A program made the position numbers and the translations under genes. Of a DNA stretch of 64,000 nucleotides, positions 19,626 to 31,025 are shown piece after piece (the stretch's first letter is position 1; the number at the start of each line of letters is the position of its first letter). The stretch covers positions 125-64,124 of the forward strand of contig URDT01000003.1 in NCBI GenBank assembly GCA_900546745.1. The letters are read 5' to 3'. The notes under the pieces were generated by a model, which was given only the letters and a program-made list of their open reading frames with translations, was not told where the DNA came from and made no database searches. The DNA is from an uncultured Mycoplasmatota bacterium. GTDB lineage: Bacteria > Bacillota_I > Bacilli_A > RF39 > UBA660.

Positions 19626-20693
19626 ATGTTTGGATTGGAAATAGATCAATTAGCAAAAATTAAAGTTATCGGTGTAGGTGGCGGTGGAAATAACGCTGTC
19701 AACCGTATGATAGAATCAGGTGTACAAGGAGTAGATTTCATCGTTGCTAATACTGATTTACAAGTTTTAAATAATTCCAAAGCACCAGTAAAAATACAAA
19801 TTGGAGTAGAATTAACCAGTGGTTTAGGAGCTGGAGGAAAGCCTGAAATCGGAAAAGAATCTGCTTTAGAATCTCGCAATGAAATAGAGGCTGCTTTAGA
19901 AGGTGCTGACATGGTATTTATTACTTGTGGTATGGGTGGAGGAACTGGAACAGGAGCAGCTCCTGTTGTTGCTGACATCGCACAAGGTATGGGTGCTTTA
20001 ACTGTTGGTATTGTAACAAAACCATTCTCATTTGAAGGAAGAAAAAGAATGGAAAATGCTTTAAATGGTTTAGCGGAATTAAAAAAACATGTAGATACAT
20101 TAATTGTTATTCCTAATGATAAATTGCGTGAAATTATTGATAAATCAACTCCATTATTAGACTCTTTTAAAGAGGTTGATAATGTTTTAAGACGTGGTGT
20201 ACAATCCATTTCCGATTTGATTGCTGTTTCTGGTTTAATCAATCTAGACTTTGCTGATGTAAAAGCTGTAATGGAAAAAAGAGGAGACGCTTTAATTGGT
20301 ATTGGTATGGGCGTTGGTGAAAATCGTGCTAGTGAAGCAGCACGTGAAGCAGTTACAAGTCCATTGTTGGAAAAAGGAATTAGTGGAGCAACAGATGCTA
20401 TTATCAATGTAACTGGTGGAGAAAATTTAACACTATTTGAAGTTGAAGAAGCTGCTGAAGTAATTAGAGAGGCTGCTAATACAGATATCAATACAATTTT
20501 TGGAGCTGTAATTAATGAAAATTTAAATGATGAAATTATTGTAACTGTAATAGCTACTGGTTTTGAAGATGATAAGGAACCAGAAGAATCTAAAAATTTA
20601 ATCAATGATACAAGAAGTAGTGTTATGGCAGATGTAGATGATGACGATGATGATTCTGATTTACCTCCTATTTTACGTAAAAGAGTATTTTAA
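19626..20693 (+). CDS. ftsZ: cell division protein FtsZ
   Basis: [13 protein letters not shown] and [11 protein letters not shown] tubulin signature, acidic C-terminal tail. Confidence 0.97.
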   Translation: MFGLEIDQLAKIKVIGVGGGGNNAVNRMIESGVQGVDFIVANTDLQVLNNSKAPVKIQIGVELTSGLGAGGKPEIGKESALESRNEIEAALEGADMVFITCGMGGGTGTGAAPVVADIAQGMGALTVGIVTKPFSFEGRKRMENALNGLAELKKHVDTLIVIPNDKLREIIDKSTPLLDSFKEVDNVLRRGVQSISDLIAVSGLINLDFADVKAVMEKRGDALIGIGMGVGENRASEAAREAVTSPLLEKGISGATDAIINVTGGENLTLFEVEEAAEVIREAANTDINTIFGAVINENLNDEIIVTVIATGFEDDKEPEESKNLINDTRSSVMADVDDDDDDSDLPPILRKRVF

Positions 20694-20696
20694 TAA

Positions 20697-20719
20697 AGAG
20701 CCTTTAAAAGGCTTTTTTT
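20697..20719 (+). terminator. ftsZ terminator
   Basis: AGCCTTT-A-AAAGGCT hairpin followed by a T-run. Confidence 0.7.
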
Positions 20720-20857
20720 GTTTTAACAAAATAGAAATTGTTATTTGAATAAGTTAATAGATTAATAACAAATTACAATATAAACAAATGTTTGTGAAAA
20801 TATTAATAAAAGCATTTAAAAGGTGTTTTTATATGTTATAATGAAAAAGGTGATATC

Positions 20858-23077
20858 GTGAAAAAATATATTAAAGGAAATTTTACAAAAACGATTTTTT
20901 CATCCGATAATGGTTATATTATTGGATTGATAAAGATTCGTGAGACTAATGATCCTTCATTAGAAGATTATGTGAATAAATCGATTACATTTACAGGTTA
21001 TTTTGCAACATTAACAGAGGATGATAGGTATATTTTTTATGGAGAAGGTATTCAACATCCTAAATATGGCTTTCAATATCAAGTGGAAGAATATGAACGA
21101 ATTAAACCAGAAGATAAAGATGGAATTGTTGAATTTTTAAGTAGTGATTTATTTCCTGGAATTGGCGAAAAAATTGCAATTAAAATAGTAGATACACTTG
21201 GTGAACAAGCTTTAGATAAAATACTAGAGGATAAATCTGTATTAAATCAGGTACCAAAATTATCTAGTCAAAAAATAGATACCATTTATCAAATATTGAC
21301 CAAATATGAAGAAAGTCATAAAATTGTTGTTTATTTAACAGAACTTGGGTTTAATATGAAAGATGCTTTAGATATTTATAACAAATATAAATCTTCTACT
21401 GTTATGATATTAGAAAATAATATTTTTGATATTATTGATGAAATTGAAACGATATCGTTTATAAAAATTGATGAGATTAGTAAAAAACTGAATTTTGAAG
21501 CAGATGATTTTAGAAGAATAAAAGCTTGTATTATTTATGTAATGAAGAATATTATTTTTCAAACAGGGAATACTTATTTAGAGTATCCAGTTATTAAATA
21601 TGAAGTAGAAAAATATTTAAAATTTATTCCAGATGAAAATGATTTTGGAAATTTAATCGATGAATTACGATTTGAAGGAAAAATTGTTGTTGAAAATGAT
21701 CATTATTATTTGAAAGATATTTATCAAGCAGAACAAGTCGTTGTTGAAAAAATTAAAATTTTAAATGAAAAGCAACCTCTAAACTATAAAAAAATAGAAA
21801 AACAATTACAAATGTTAGAAGACTATAATCATATTCAATATAATGAAAAGCAAAAAGAAGCAATTCAAAAAGCCTTAAGTAATCGTTTGTTAATTATCAC
21901 AGGTGGACCTGGAACTGGAAAAACAACAATCATTAAAGCAATTGTAGAAATGTATAGAGTACTGAATAATTATGGATATGATGAATTAATTGAACATTTA
22001 GCGTTATTAGCTCCTACAGGTAGAGCTAGTAAGAGAATGAGTGATTCTACAAATCTTCCTGCAACAACAATTCATAGATTTTTAAAGTGGAATAAAGAAA
22101 ACAATGAATTTTTAATTAATGAATACAATAAAGATTTCAGTGATTTTATTATTATTGATGAAGTTAGTATGATTGATATTAATTTGTTAAGTAGTTTAAT
22201 GAAGGGTTTAACTAATAATATTCAAATTATTTTTGTTGGTGATGCGAATCAACTTCCTAGTGTTGGACCTGGTCAAATTTTAAAAGATTTTATTGATAGT
22301 GAAGTAATTGATACTGTCGAGTTGGATTTATTATATCGACAAAGTAATGATTCTTATATTAACCGATTCGCAATTGAAATTAAGGAAAATAGTTTGAGCC
22401 CTGATTACAAAACAATGAAAGATGATTATGCATTTTTAGAATGTAATAGTTCTATGATAAAAAGTACTTTAAAAAATTTATGTGAGCAAATCATTCAAAA
22501 AGGATATGATTATAAAAGCGTTCAAATATTAGCTCCCATGTATATGGGCGAAAATGGCATTAATAATTTGAATAAAGAACTTCAAAATATATTTAATCCA
22601 AAAAGTGATGATAAAGAAGAATTAATATTAGGAGATATTACTTTTCGAAAAAATGATAAAATTTTACAATTAGTTAATATGCCAGACGAAAATGTTTTTA
22701 ATGGAGATATAGGAAAAATTATAGAAATAATTCCTGCTAGTCATAGTGAATCAAAAAAATCTGAAATTTATGTAGATTATGATGGAATTATTGTAAAATA
22801 TTTACCGAAAGATTTTAATAAGATAAAACATGGTTATGTTATTACAATTCATAAATCACAAGGTAGTGAATTTGATCTAGTAATATTACCGATCAGTCAT
22901 AGTTATAATCGAATGCTTTATCGAAAATTAATTTATACAGCAGTTACAAGAGCAAAAAGAAAATTGATTTTAATTGGGGAAGAACAAGCTTTCTTATATG
23001 GAATTTCTAATAATAATGAGTTTATCCGAAACACAGATTTAAAAAATAAATTAAAAAAGATGTATAATAATATTTAG
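20858..23077 (+). CDS. recD2: RecD2-type SF1 DNA helicase
   Basis: GGPGTGKTT Walker A, IIIDEVSM Walker B, TIHKSQGSE and YTAVTRAK motifs, N-terminal HhH region, GTG start. Confidence 0.85.
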   Translation: MKKYIKGNFTKTIFSSDNGYIIGLIKIRETNDPSLEDYVNKSITFTGYFATLTEDDRYIFYGEGIQHPKYGFQYQVEEYERIKPEDKDGIVEFLSSDLFPGIGEKIAIKIVDTLGEQALDKILEDKSVLNQVPKLSSQKIDTIYQILTKYEESHKIVVYLTELGFNMKDALDIYNKYKSSTVMILENNIFDIIDEIETISFIKIDEISKKLNFEADDFRRIKACIIYVMKNIIFQTGNTYLEYPVIKYEVEKYLKFIPDENDFGNLIDELRFEGKIVVENDHYYLKDIYQAEQVVVEKIKILNEKQPLNYKKIEKQLQMLEDYNHIQYNEKQKEAIQKALSNRLLIITGGPGTGKTTIIKAIVEMYRVLNNYGYDELIEHLALLAPTGRASKRMSDSTNLPATTIHRFLKWNKENNEFLINEYNKDFSDFIIIDEVSMIDINLLSSLMKGLTNNIQIIFVGDANQLPSVGPGQILKDFIDSEVIDTVELDLLYRQSNDSYINRFAIEIKENSLSPDYKTMKDDYAFLECNSSMIKSTLKNLCEQIIQKGYDYKSVQILAPMYMGENGINNLNKELQNIFNPKSDDKEELILGDITFRKNDKILQLVNMPDENVFNGDIGKIIEIIPASHSESKKSEIYVDYDGIIVKYLPKDFNKIKHGYVITIHKSQGSEFDLVILPISHSYNRMLYRKLIYTAVTRAKRKLILIGEEQAFLYGISNNNEFIRNTDLKNKLKKMYNNI

Positions 23078-23144
23078 AAGCTATAAACTAATAGTGTATG
23101 TTATTACATACATATATCATATTTTTTAGTCAGAAGGTGATAAT

Positions 23145-23297
23145 ATGAAGTTAGGAAAAAGTTTAGCCCTAATGGGAATGGGCGCAGGTGCTGTTTTAGC
23201 ATATCAAAAATATAATAAGCCAGTAATGGATAAAATGGAAAAAATTGTTGATAAGACAATGAAAAAGGCAAACGAAAAACTAGAAGATATGATGTAA
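23145..23297 (+). CDS. 50-aa small protein (N-terminal hydrophobic helix)
   Basis: AAGGTGA RBS, MKLGKSLALMGMGAGAVLAYQKYNKPVMDKMEKIVDKTMKKANEKLEDMM, strong terminator directly after. Preferred over the antisense track ORF 23104-23334. Confidence 0.55.
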   Translation: MKLGKSLALMGMGAGAVLAYQKYNKPVMDKMEKIVDKTMKKANEKLEDMM

Positions 23298-23302
23298 CAT
23301 AA

Positions 23303-23331
23303 AAAAACTCTTTCAATTGAAAGAGTTTTTT
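23303..23331 (+). terminator. rho-independent terminator
   Basis: AAACTCTTTCAATTGAAAGAGTTT palindrome followed by a T-run. Confidence 0.75.
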
Positions 23332-23523
23332 CATAGAAAGGGAGCACTATTCTGTGCTCATAAGGAGTAATTCTTTAAAAAGATTTACATTAATAGCTTG
23401 TCAGTATCTCAACTGACATTAATAGTTTACCACATTTTTCTTTTTATAGTTAAATTTTCACATTATTTTCATAAAAATATTGATTGAAGGCATTATTTTT
23501 TTTATAATGACTATGGTGGTAAT

Positions 23524-24990
23524 ATGAAAAGAATTTTGTTATTCGCTGTTTTTGTTTTTTTAACGATATTTATATATATAAAAGTAGATTATCACGATTA
23601 TACGAATCAATCTATTCAAATAGAAAAAAATTGTAATCTTTATATGAAACAAGATGATAAATTCAAAAAAGTTGGAACAGTATTTCAAAATACTATAATA
23701 AAACCGATTAAAAAAGAAGGAAAGTATTATTTATTAGACTCTAATTATTATATTTTAATAGAAAAAGCAAAATTATATGAAGCTTCAGAAAATAATCGTT
23801 ATCAAAATTATATCCCTTTTAATGAAAAAATAATTACTAAGAAAGGCATTTTTTTATATCAAAATAATAAGGCGTTTCGAGTTGATTCTCAGCTTTCTTT
23901 TCAAGTGATTATGAAAGATGATTTATTCTATTATGTATTGTGGAATGATCAACTAACAAAAATTAAAAAGGAATCTGTCCGAGATGTTCAGAATTTTGGT
24001 CATTATAATGGAACGGATTCTATTAGTGTTTTAGATTTTACTCATTCTAACTATGACAAACAACAATTAGATATGTTGAAAGACTATTTAACAATTTCAT
24101 TAGATGAATTTCATAAATGGCAAAATAATCAAATTAATCTTCCTAATAATGCCATATTATTAATTGGATCGAATTCGGAGTATAATCATTATATATGGAA
24201 TACATCAGATGAGTTTGCTATTTCCAATAAAGCAGCAACGAAATCAGAGAAAAATAGCTACGATGTAGGTCAAGCGATGGATCAATTTCAACAAATGTTG
24301 AATAAAGAAAAAATTTATGATATGTCTGAAGTAGCTACTAGTGTCCCTGTATTGAATTATCATTTTTTCTATGCAGATTCTATTTCTTGTCAAGAGGACA
24401 TTTGTTTACACACTGATAAATTTAAACAACAATTAGATTATTTAAGAGATAACAATTATAAGGTATTAACGATGAGAGAATTTATTAATTGGTATAATGG
24501 TAAAATGGATTTACCTAAAAAATCAGTATTAATAACAATTGATGATGGTGCTTTAGGAACTGGTACACATAATGGTAATTTGTTAATTCCTATATTAGAG
24601 GAATATCAGATGCCAGCAACTTTATTTTTAATTACTGTATGGTGGCCAAAAGAAAATTATCAGTCAAAATATTTAGAAGTTGAGTCACATGGTTATGATA
24701 TTCATAGAGTAGGTGAATGTAATCATATGAGAATAGAGTGTTTAAATAATGTTGAATTAACAGATGATATTAAAACATCTATAAATCTTTTGGGTACTAA
24801 TAATGCATTTGCTTATCCTTTTTATGATTATACAGAGAATTCTATAGCAGTTTTAAAAAATTTAGGATTTCAAGTTGCTTTTGTAGGTGGTGATAGGAAT
24901 GCTACTAGATCTGATGAACAATATTTAATTCCAAGATATCCAATTTATGATTCGACAACTTTAGATCAATTTGTTGAAATGGTGAATTAA
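23524..24990 (+). CDS. membrane-anchored polysaccharide deacetylase family protein
   Basis: N-terminal TM. C-terminal NodB-like motifs (VLITIDDG, His-containing motifs). TTGATT-17-TATAAT promoter upstream. Confidence 0.75.
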   Translation: MKRILLFAVFVFLTIFIYIKVDYHDYTNQSIQIEKNCNLYMKQDDKFKKVGTVFQNTIIKPIKKEGKYYLLDSNYYILIEKAKLYEASENNRYQNYIPFNEKIITKKGIFLYQNNKAFRVDSQLSFQVIMKDDLFYYVLWNDQLTKIKKESVRDVQNFGHYNGTDSISVLDFTHSNYDKQQLDMLKDYLTISLDEFHKWQNNQINLPNNAILLIGSNSEYNHYIWNTSDEFAISNKAATKSEKNSYDVGQAMDQFQQMLNKEKIYDMSEVATSVPVLNYHFFYADSISCQEDICLHTDKFKQQLDYLRDNNYKVLTMREFINWYNGKMDLPKKSVLITIDDGALGTGTHNGNLLIPILEEYQMPATLFLITVWWPKENYQSKYLEVESHGYDIHRVGECNHMRIECLNNVELTDDIKTSINLLGTNNAFAYPFYDYTENSIAVLKNLGFQVAFVGGDRNATRSDEQYLIPRYPIYDSTTLDQFVEMVN

Positions 24991-24999
24991 AAAAGACGA

Positions 25000-25686
25000 T
25001 TACTGAATATCGTCTTTTTGTTGATTATATAGTCCGTATTTTTTTGTTAGTTCAATCAAGTTATCGACTTGTATTGTTTTTTCTTCAATATCTTCTAAAT
25101 CATCATTCATAATTTGTTGATGAGTATCATTATTTTCTACAGATAACTTTTTTTGATTTATTGTTTGATAAAAGGATAAAAAGTAACTAATAAGTGATAA
25201 TATCTGGAGATTGATTGTAGTTACTTTAAGACCATTTGTTAAAATACTTAAATGATGAGTTGTAATAGTTATAAAGGAACAAATGATAGTAATAAATAAA
25301 AAGGTAGTTTTAAATTTTCCAATCATTAATGATTCTGTTTTTCCTGTTTTATAATGATAATAAAGATTTGTTATAGTGATAATTACTTCTAATGCTAATA
25401 AAGCAAATAAAGGTGATGCAGAATCATTTTTAGGAATTAAACAGATAATTAATCCAATTGCGAATACTTTATCTGCAACAGCATCTAACTTTGCTCCTTT
25501 TAAAGAAGTAACGTTCCAATATCTTGCAAGTTTCCCATCTAGCATATCTGTTAAAGCAGCAATAATAGATAGAATAATAACAGCTTTTATATATCCTAAA
25601 AAGCTTAATAGAATTAAAATAGGAGTTAAAGAGATTCTTATTATAGTTAATATATTAGGAATCATTTGTTTATATTCAGTTTTCAT
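25000..25686 (-). CDS. pgsA: CDP-alcohol phosphatidyltransferase (PgsA-like)
   Basis: DMLDGKLARYWNVTSLKGAKLDAVADK fits the D-G-x2-A-R-x8-G-x3-D-x3-D motif. Start at MKTEY behind a GGAGGG RBS. Confidence 0.8.
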   Translation of the reverse strand: MKTEYKQMIPNILTIIRISLTPILILLSFLGYIKAVIILSIIAALTDMLDGKLARYWNVTSLKGAKLDAVADKVFAIGLIICLIPKNDSASPLFALLALEVIITITNLYYHYKTGKTESLMIGKFKTTFLFITIICSFITITTHHLSILTNGLKVTTINLQILSLISYFLSFYQTINQKKLSVENNDTHQQIMNDDLEDIEEKTIQVDNLIELTKKYGLYNQQKDDIQ

Positions 25687-25841
25687 TATGTATCCCTCCG
25701 ATAATAATATTATTCTAACATTTTTTAAAACATTAATCAATGTAATAAAATAGATATTTTTTCATATGATATAGTGTATTATATTTTTAATACGTGGAAA
25801 TTTATAGTGCTATAAATTTCCTTTTTTGTTTTCTGAAAGTA

Positions 25842-25850
25842 TGGTATAAT
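25842..25850 (+). promoter_or_regulatory. extended -10 of the tRNA-Thr promoter
   Basis: TGgTATAAT ending 10 nt before the mature tRNA 5' end. Confidence 0.5.
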
Positions 25851-25860
25851 AAAAATACTT

Positions 25861-25934
25861 GCTGATATAGTATAAAGGTATTACGAGGCCATGGTAAGGC
25901 TTTAATCGGTGTTCAATTCACCGTATCAGCACCA
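25861..25934 (+). tRNA. tRNA-Thr (anticodon GGT)
   Basis: Hand fold: acceptor GCTGATA/TATCAGC, anticodon stem AGGCC/GGCTT with loop ATGGTAA, T-arm CGGTG-TTCAATT-CACCG, discriminator A, encoded CCA. Confidence 0.85.
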
Positions 25935-25980
25935 GATTGATAGGAAATTCGGACACATCCTGAGTTTAAGTAATAGATTA

Positions 25981-26005
25981 CTAACTAGAAATAGTTGGTT
26001 TTTTT
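25981..26005 (+). terminator. terminator supplied by the element for the tRNA-Thr transcript
   Basis: CTAACTA-GAAA-TAGTTGG hairpin followed by T7. Confidence 0.5.
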
Positions 26006-26038
26006 GTACTTAAATTTTGAAAGGATGAGTGATTATAT

Positions 26039-26311
26039 ATGTTAAATATTGAAACAAAAGAACTTATAATTAGTGAGAAATTAAAAAAGAAAGTTGATAT
26101 GATATGTAAGTTTGCTTGTGTTAAACCTACTTATCAAAATGGTAATGTAATTAATATAGTTAATTCTAATATCGCTTATGTTAAACCACATATAATAACT
26201 ATTAATAATATTAACTATTTAATGTTTGAAGAATGTGATGATATTTTTATAAATGGATTTTCTAAAAAAATTCAATTTAAAGATTTTGAACAATACATTA
26301 AATCAAACTAA
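26039..26311 (+). CDS. 90-aa element-end protein, paralog 1 (unknown function)
   Basis: Same length as the ORFs at 31026 and 42813 and alignable with them: IC-F, NG, Y-x-PH-I-I, Y-L-x-F, E-x-YIK. Confidence 0.7.
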   Translation: MLNIETKELIISEKLKKKVDMICKFACVKPTYQNGNVINIVNSNIAYVKPHIITINNINYLMFEECDDIFINGFSKKIQFKDFEQYIKSN

Positions 26312-26315
26312 CCTA

Positions 26316-26344
26316 TTGACTTTTAAATAAAAAATGATTATTAT
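26316..26344 (+). promoter_or_regulatory. promoter of the recombinase leader (copy 1)
   Basis: TTGACT-17 nt-TATTAT. The same motifs and spacing occur at 31302-31330. Confidence 0.6.
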
Positions 26345-26416
26345 AAATAACCAATAAATGACAAGCAGTATCCGTCTTTTATTAGAAAGCGAGGTACATC
26401 TATGGTCAAATACATA
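26339..26416 (+). repeat. 78-nt block 100 percent identical to 31325-31402
   Basis: Direct comparison of the two leaders. Covers the -10, a bulged hairpin, the SD and the first five uORF codons. Confidence 0.9.
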
Positions 26417-26479
26417 AATTATTTAAATAAAAATTATAAAGTTATTTCAAGAGGAGTCAAAGGTATTAGTTTGAACTAG
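26402..26479 (+). CDS. leader peptide uORF (25 codons), copy 1
   Basis: GAGGT SD 6 nt upstream. MVKYINYLNKNYKVISRGVKGISLN. Reads through the 5' arm of the terminator and stops 6 nt before the 3' arm. Confidence 0.55.
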   Translation: MVKYINYLNKNYKVISRGVKGISLN

Positions 26480-26501
26480 TGCTTTTGTCTCCTCTTTTTT
26501 T
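26449..26501 (+). terminator. intrinsic terminator / attenuator upstream of the serine recombinase (copy 1)
   Basis: AAGAGGAGTCAA ... TTGTCTCCTCTT (12 bp, one T.T mismatch) followed by a T-run, 22 nt before the recombinase ATG. Confidence 0.7.
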
Positions 26502-26508
26502 GATATGA

Positions 26509-28398
<1,890 letters not shown>

Positions 28399-28597
28399 TT
28401 TTGTTAACTTTTATCAAAAGTTATTTAACAAACGAACACGTTTTGTTGAAGTTCCTACTTCAATGAAAGTGAGTAAAGTTTGTTTAATAAATATAAATAA
28501 TAAATAGTATTTGTTATTTATATTTTAATAATTATCGAGGGACATTTTGTTTCTTTAGAAATAAAAGTTGCGATAGATAATTATTATAAAAAGGATT

Positions 28598-28670
28598 CTA
28601 AGGAATTATTCCTTAGCTCCCACATCTTGTTAGAATGACAAGATGTCTAGGGAGTTATACATCTTGACTA
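28598..28670 (+). promoter_or_regulatory. candidate oriT of the MobV relaxase
   Basis: Two inverted repeats (CTAAGGAAT-T-ATTCCTTAG; ACATCTTGT-TAGAATG-ACAAGATGT) and a repeated ACATCTTG directly upstream of mob. Nick site not identified. Confidence 0.4.
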
Positions 28671-28702
28671 GTAATTCAAGATACTTTTTAGGGAGGTATA
28701 AA

Positions 28703-30058
28703 ATGAACGAAAATCTATCTTATTCATTCCATATCGGTAATGATAAAAATAAAACTACAAAAGCAAAACAAGTATCAAAAGAAAGAACTATAAACTTTAA
28801 TAATAATGCTATTCAAAATGCTATACAATTATCAAAAGTAAATCATCATAACCTACGTGCATATGAAAATAATCCTGAACTAATAATGACTATTAAAGGA
28901 ACAAATGATATTGTTAAAGATATAAAAGAAGTATATATAGATGTGTTTGAAGAATCTAGAATTAACTACAATAATAAACAAACTCGTGATGATAGAAAAA
29001 TTCAAGATTATTTTTCTAAAATAGCAAATGATAATAGACATGATCTAGCAGTCGAAATTATTATTCAACTTGGTAATATGAATTATTGGGCTGATAAAAC
29101 TATAGAAGAAAAATATAAAATGACTGATGTATTTAAAAATCAAGTTAAAGAATTAGAAAAAATTGTTCCACTATTTAAGATAGCAAATGCTACTATACAC
29201 TTTGATGAATCTTCACCACACTTACATATAGTTGGTGTTCCAATAAAAGAAAATTGCAAAACCAGTATGAATAAACAAGTAGGAAAATCAGACGTGTTTA
29301 CTGTTGAAATATTGGAACTGATCCAAAATGAATTGAGAGAAAAATGTATAAATGATTTCAATAAATTATTTAATTTAGATAAAGAACTTAAAGAAAAAGA
29401 AAAAGGAAGAAATGAAGATTATAGAGTTAAACAAATGAATAATTATGAAAAATTAAAGGATTCATATAATAAGCAACATAAAAAGATAACTGAAATAAAT
29501 AAGAATGTTGATAAAATAAATAATAAATCAATCAAAGTAAAAGATATATTAGAAAATTTAAAACAACAACCCTTATCAAAAAATAACTTAATAATATCTT
29601 CTGATAAAAAAGATAAATTATTAGAATATATAAAAGATATTGATAAAAATAATAAAAATATGAAATCAATTACAAACTTTAATTTATCATTAAATGATAT
29701 AAAAAAAGATTTAGAAGAAAATCATGAAACCATTAGAGAATTATTAAACGAAAATGAAGATTTAAATGTTAAGTTAGAAGAAAAAGAAAGAATATTACAA
29801 GTATCAAAAAATACTATATCTGAATTAAAAAAGAAAATCTCTAATTTAGAAGAACAAGTTAATTATTGGAAGAATAAATTTACAAAAATTATAAGTCACA
29901 TTAAAGATAAAGTTCTTGGACTATTTGGAAAAGATGAAGAACACACATATAGAAATATAGCAAATGATTTATTTTTGAATAACAAAGTTTCTTATGAAGA
30001 TTACGAAAATATGTTGGGGAGAAATGTTAAAAACAAAGATGATGAACTTGATAGATAA
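28703..30058 (+). CDS. MobV / Pre family relaxase
   Basis: HFDESSPHLHIVGVP (HxDE..PHxH motif), long Lys/Glu/Asn coiled-coil C-terminus, GGGAGG RBS. Confidence 0.85.
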   Translation: MNENLSYSFHIGNDKNKTTKAKQVSKERTINFNNNAIQNAIQLSKVNHHNLRAYENNPELIMTIKGTNDIVKDIKEVYIDVFEESRINYNNKQTRDDRKIQDYFSKIANDNRHDLAVEIIIQLGNMNYWADKTIEEKYKMTDVFKNQVKELEKIVPLFKIANATIHFDESSPHLHIVGVPIKENCKTSMNKQVGKSDVFTVEILELIQNELREKCINDFNKLFNLDKELKEKEKGRNEDYRVKQMNNYEKLKDSYNKQHKKITEINKNVDKINNKSIKVKDILENLKQQPLSKNNLIISSDKKDKLLEYIKDIDKNNKNMKSITNFNLSLNDIKKDLEENHETIRELLNENEDLNVKLEEKERILQVSKNTISELKKKISNLEEQVNYWKNKFTKIISHIKDKVLGLFGKDEEHTYRNIANDLFLNNKVSYEDYENMLGRNVKNKDDELDR

Positions 30059-30140
30059 TTAACATTTTACAGAAAATTTGCAAATAATTATGAAATTTAA
30101 CGATTTTATGATATAATTCAATTGTACGGGAGGTATGAAA

Positions 30141-30767
30141 ATGGGAATACAAAATATTATAGAATTCTTTAATGGATTAGGAATTCAAATGTTAATAGAT
30201 GAAAACGGGAAAATGACTTTTATAGATACTAAATCTAATATAAAAATGAATGCTTTTTATACAAGAAATCCATTACCAATTTTAGGAAATGAAGATATGG
30301 ATTATGATATTAGTTTAGACAAGATTATGAGAGGTGGAAGAATAATTTCCAAATCAAGTGATTCTCATCTATCATTTAGAGTAACAAATCCAATTATAGA
30401 TAGAAAAAGAACTGATGATATAATAATTGATTATATGGAATATGCTACTGCCGAGAATGGTGTAGTAAATGAGGGTACAACTGTATCATTTGAAAACGGA
30501 AGAAATTCAAATGTTTCTATAGAAACAAATAATCAACAAGGTTATTCAAAATTAGTTATGTTCTCTGATGGACAAATAATGTTTTCAAAAGATGGAAAAG
30601 TTGGATATTATGATGAAGAATATGATTATTATCAATTAAGCGAACAAGAAATGAGAAATATATTAAGTAATAGTTCACTTGCTGTTTCATTATCTGATTA
30701 TTATTTGCCATTGTTTCCAAATATGAAAGAAAGTATTACAAATGCTTCAAAATCAAAATCTTTATAA
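30141..30767 (+). CDS. hypothetical cargo protein
   Basis: ORF behind a GGGAGG RBS with a terminator-like hairpin after it. No motif recognised. Confidence 0.55.
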   Translation: MGIQNIIEFFNGLGIQMLIDENGKMTFIDTKSNIKMNAFYTRNPLPILGNEDMDYDISLDKIMRGGRIISKSSDSHLSFRVTNPIIDRKRTDDIIIDYMEYATAENGVVNEGTTVSFENGRNSNVSIETNNQQGYSKLVMFSDGQIMFSKDGKVGYYDEEYDYYQLSEQEMRNILSNSSLAVSLSDYYLPLFPNMKESITNASKSKSL

Positions 30768-30814
30768 TAATTTAAGAGTAGTCTTACAATAGGCTACTTT
30801 TTTTATAAAAAGTA

Positions 30815-30843
30815 TTAACATTTTAAATTATGTATGTTAAAAT
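30815..30843 (+). promoter_or_regulatory. outward-facing promoter at the right end of element 1
   Basis: TTAACA-17 nt-TGtTAAAAT (extended -10), ending 6 nt before the conserved AGTTAGTAAG. Confidence 0.45.
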
Positions 30844-30849
30844 TAATTT

Positions 30850-30985
30850 AGTTAGTAAGTATTGCTTACTATCAACTTTTTGTCTAGAGGTTGTTCAACT
30901 ACAACCCCACAGGCACCATTGGCGAATCTGTTCGAACTATTCGAACTTTGATATATAGAATCAATCAGAAATGATTGATTTTTTC
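30850..30985 (+). ncRNA. candidate about 135-nt RNA spanning the attP-like junction (copy B)
   Basis: Lies between a promoter and a terminator. Hairpins AGTAAG/CTTACT, GGTTG/CAACC, GTTCGAA/TTCGAAC, and terminator AATCAATCA-GAAA-TGATTGATT plus T-run. Homologous unit at 42642-42778. Confidence 0.4.
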
Positions 30986-31025
30986 TTTTTATGAAAAAGT
31001 CAACCTAAAAGAAAGGTTGGTGTAT

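Noticed and set aside
19646-20605. 319-aa ORF antisense to ftsZ
   Set aside because: It lies entirely within the unmistakable ftsZ reading frame. Its Ser/Pro/Ile-rich composition is typical of a shadow ORF opposite a Gly/Ala-rich gene.
23104-23334. 76-aa minus-strand ORF
   Set aside because: It has no RBS and would run through a plus-strand terminator palindrome. The plus-strand 50-codon ORF (23145-23297) with an AAGGTGA RBS and a following terminator explains the region better.
23340-23440. Hairpins GAGCAC/GTGCTC and TGTCAGT/ACTGACA, with a 10-nt direct repeat ACATTAATAG, upstream of the deacetylase gene
   Set aside because: The structures are short, lack a T-run and match no known riboswitch consensus that I can recognise. 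They may be a regulator binding site, but the sequence alone gives too little evidence.
25376-25753. 125-aa ORF antisense to the pgsA-like gene
   Set aside because: Shadow ORF. The opposite strand carries the complete CDP-alcohol phosphatidyltransferase motif.
26358-26417. 19-codon mini-ORF (MTSSIRLLLESEVHLWSNT) in the conserved leader block
   Set aside because: There is no Shine-Dalgarno sequence upstream. In copy 2 its end differs (it extends by three codons to 22), and it overlaps the SD-hairpin. The SD-preceded uORF at 26402 is the better candidate for translation.
30850-30918. Possibility that the junction sequences ending in GGCACCA are genuine tRNA genes
   Set aside because: Only a T-arm-like hairpin and an ACCA end are present. 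There is no 5' acceptor strand complementary to CACAGGC (or TTACTGG in copy C), and no D or anticodon arms could be folded.
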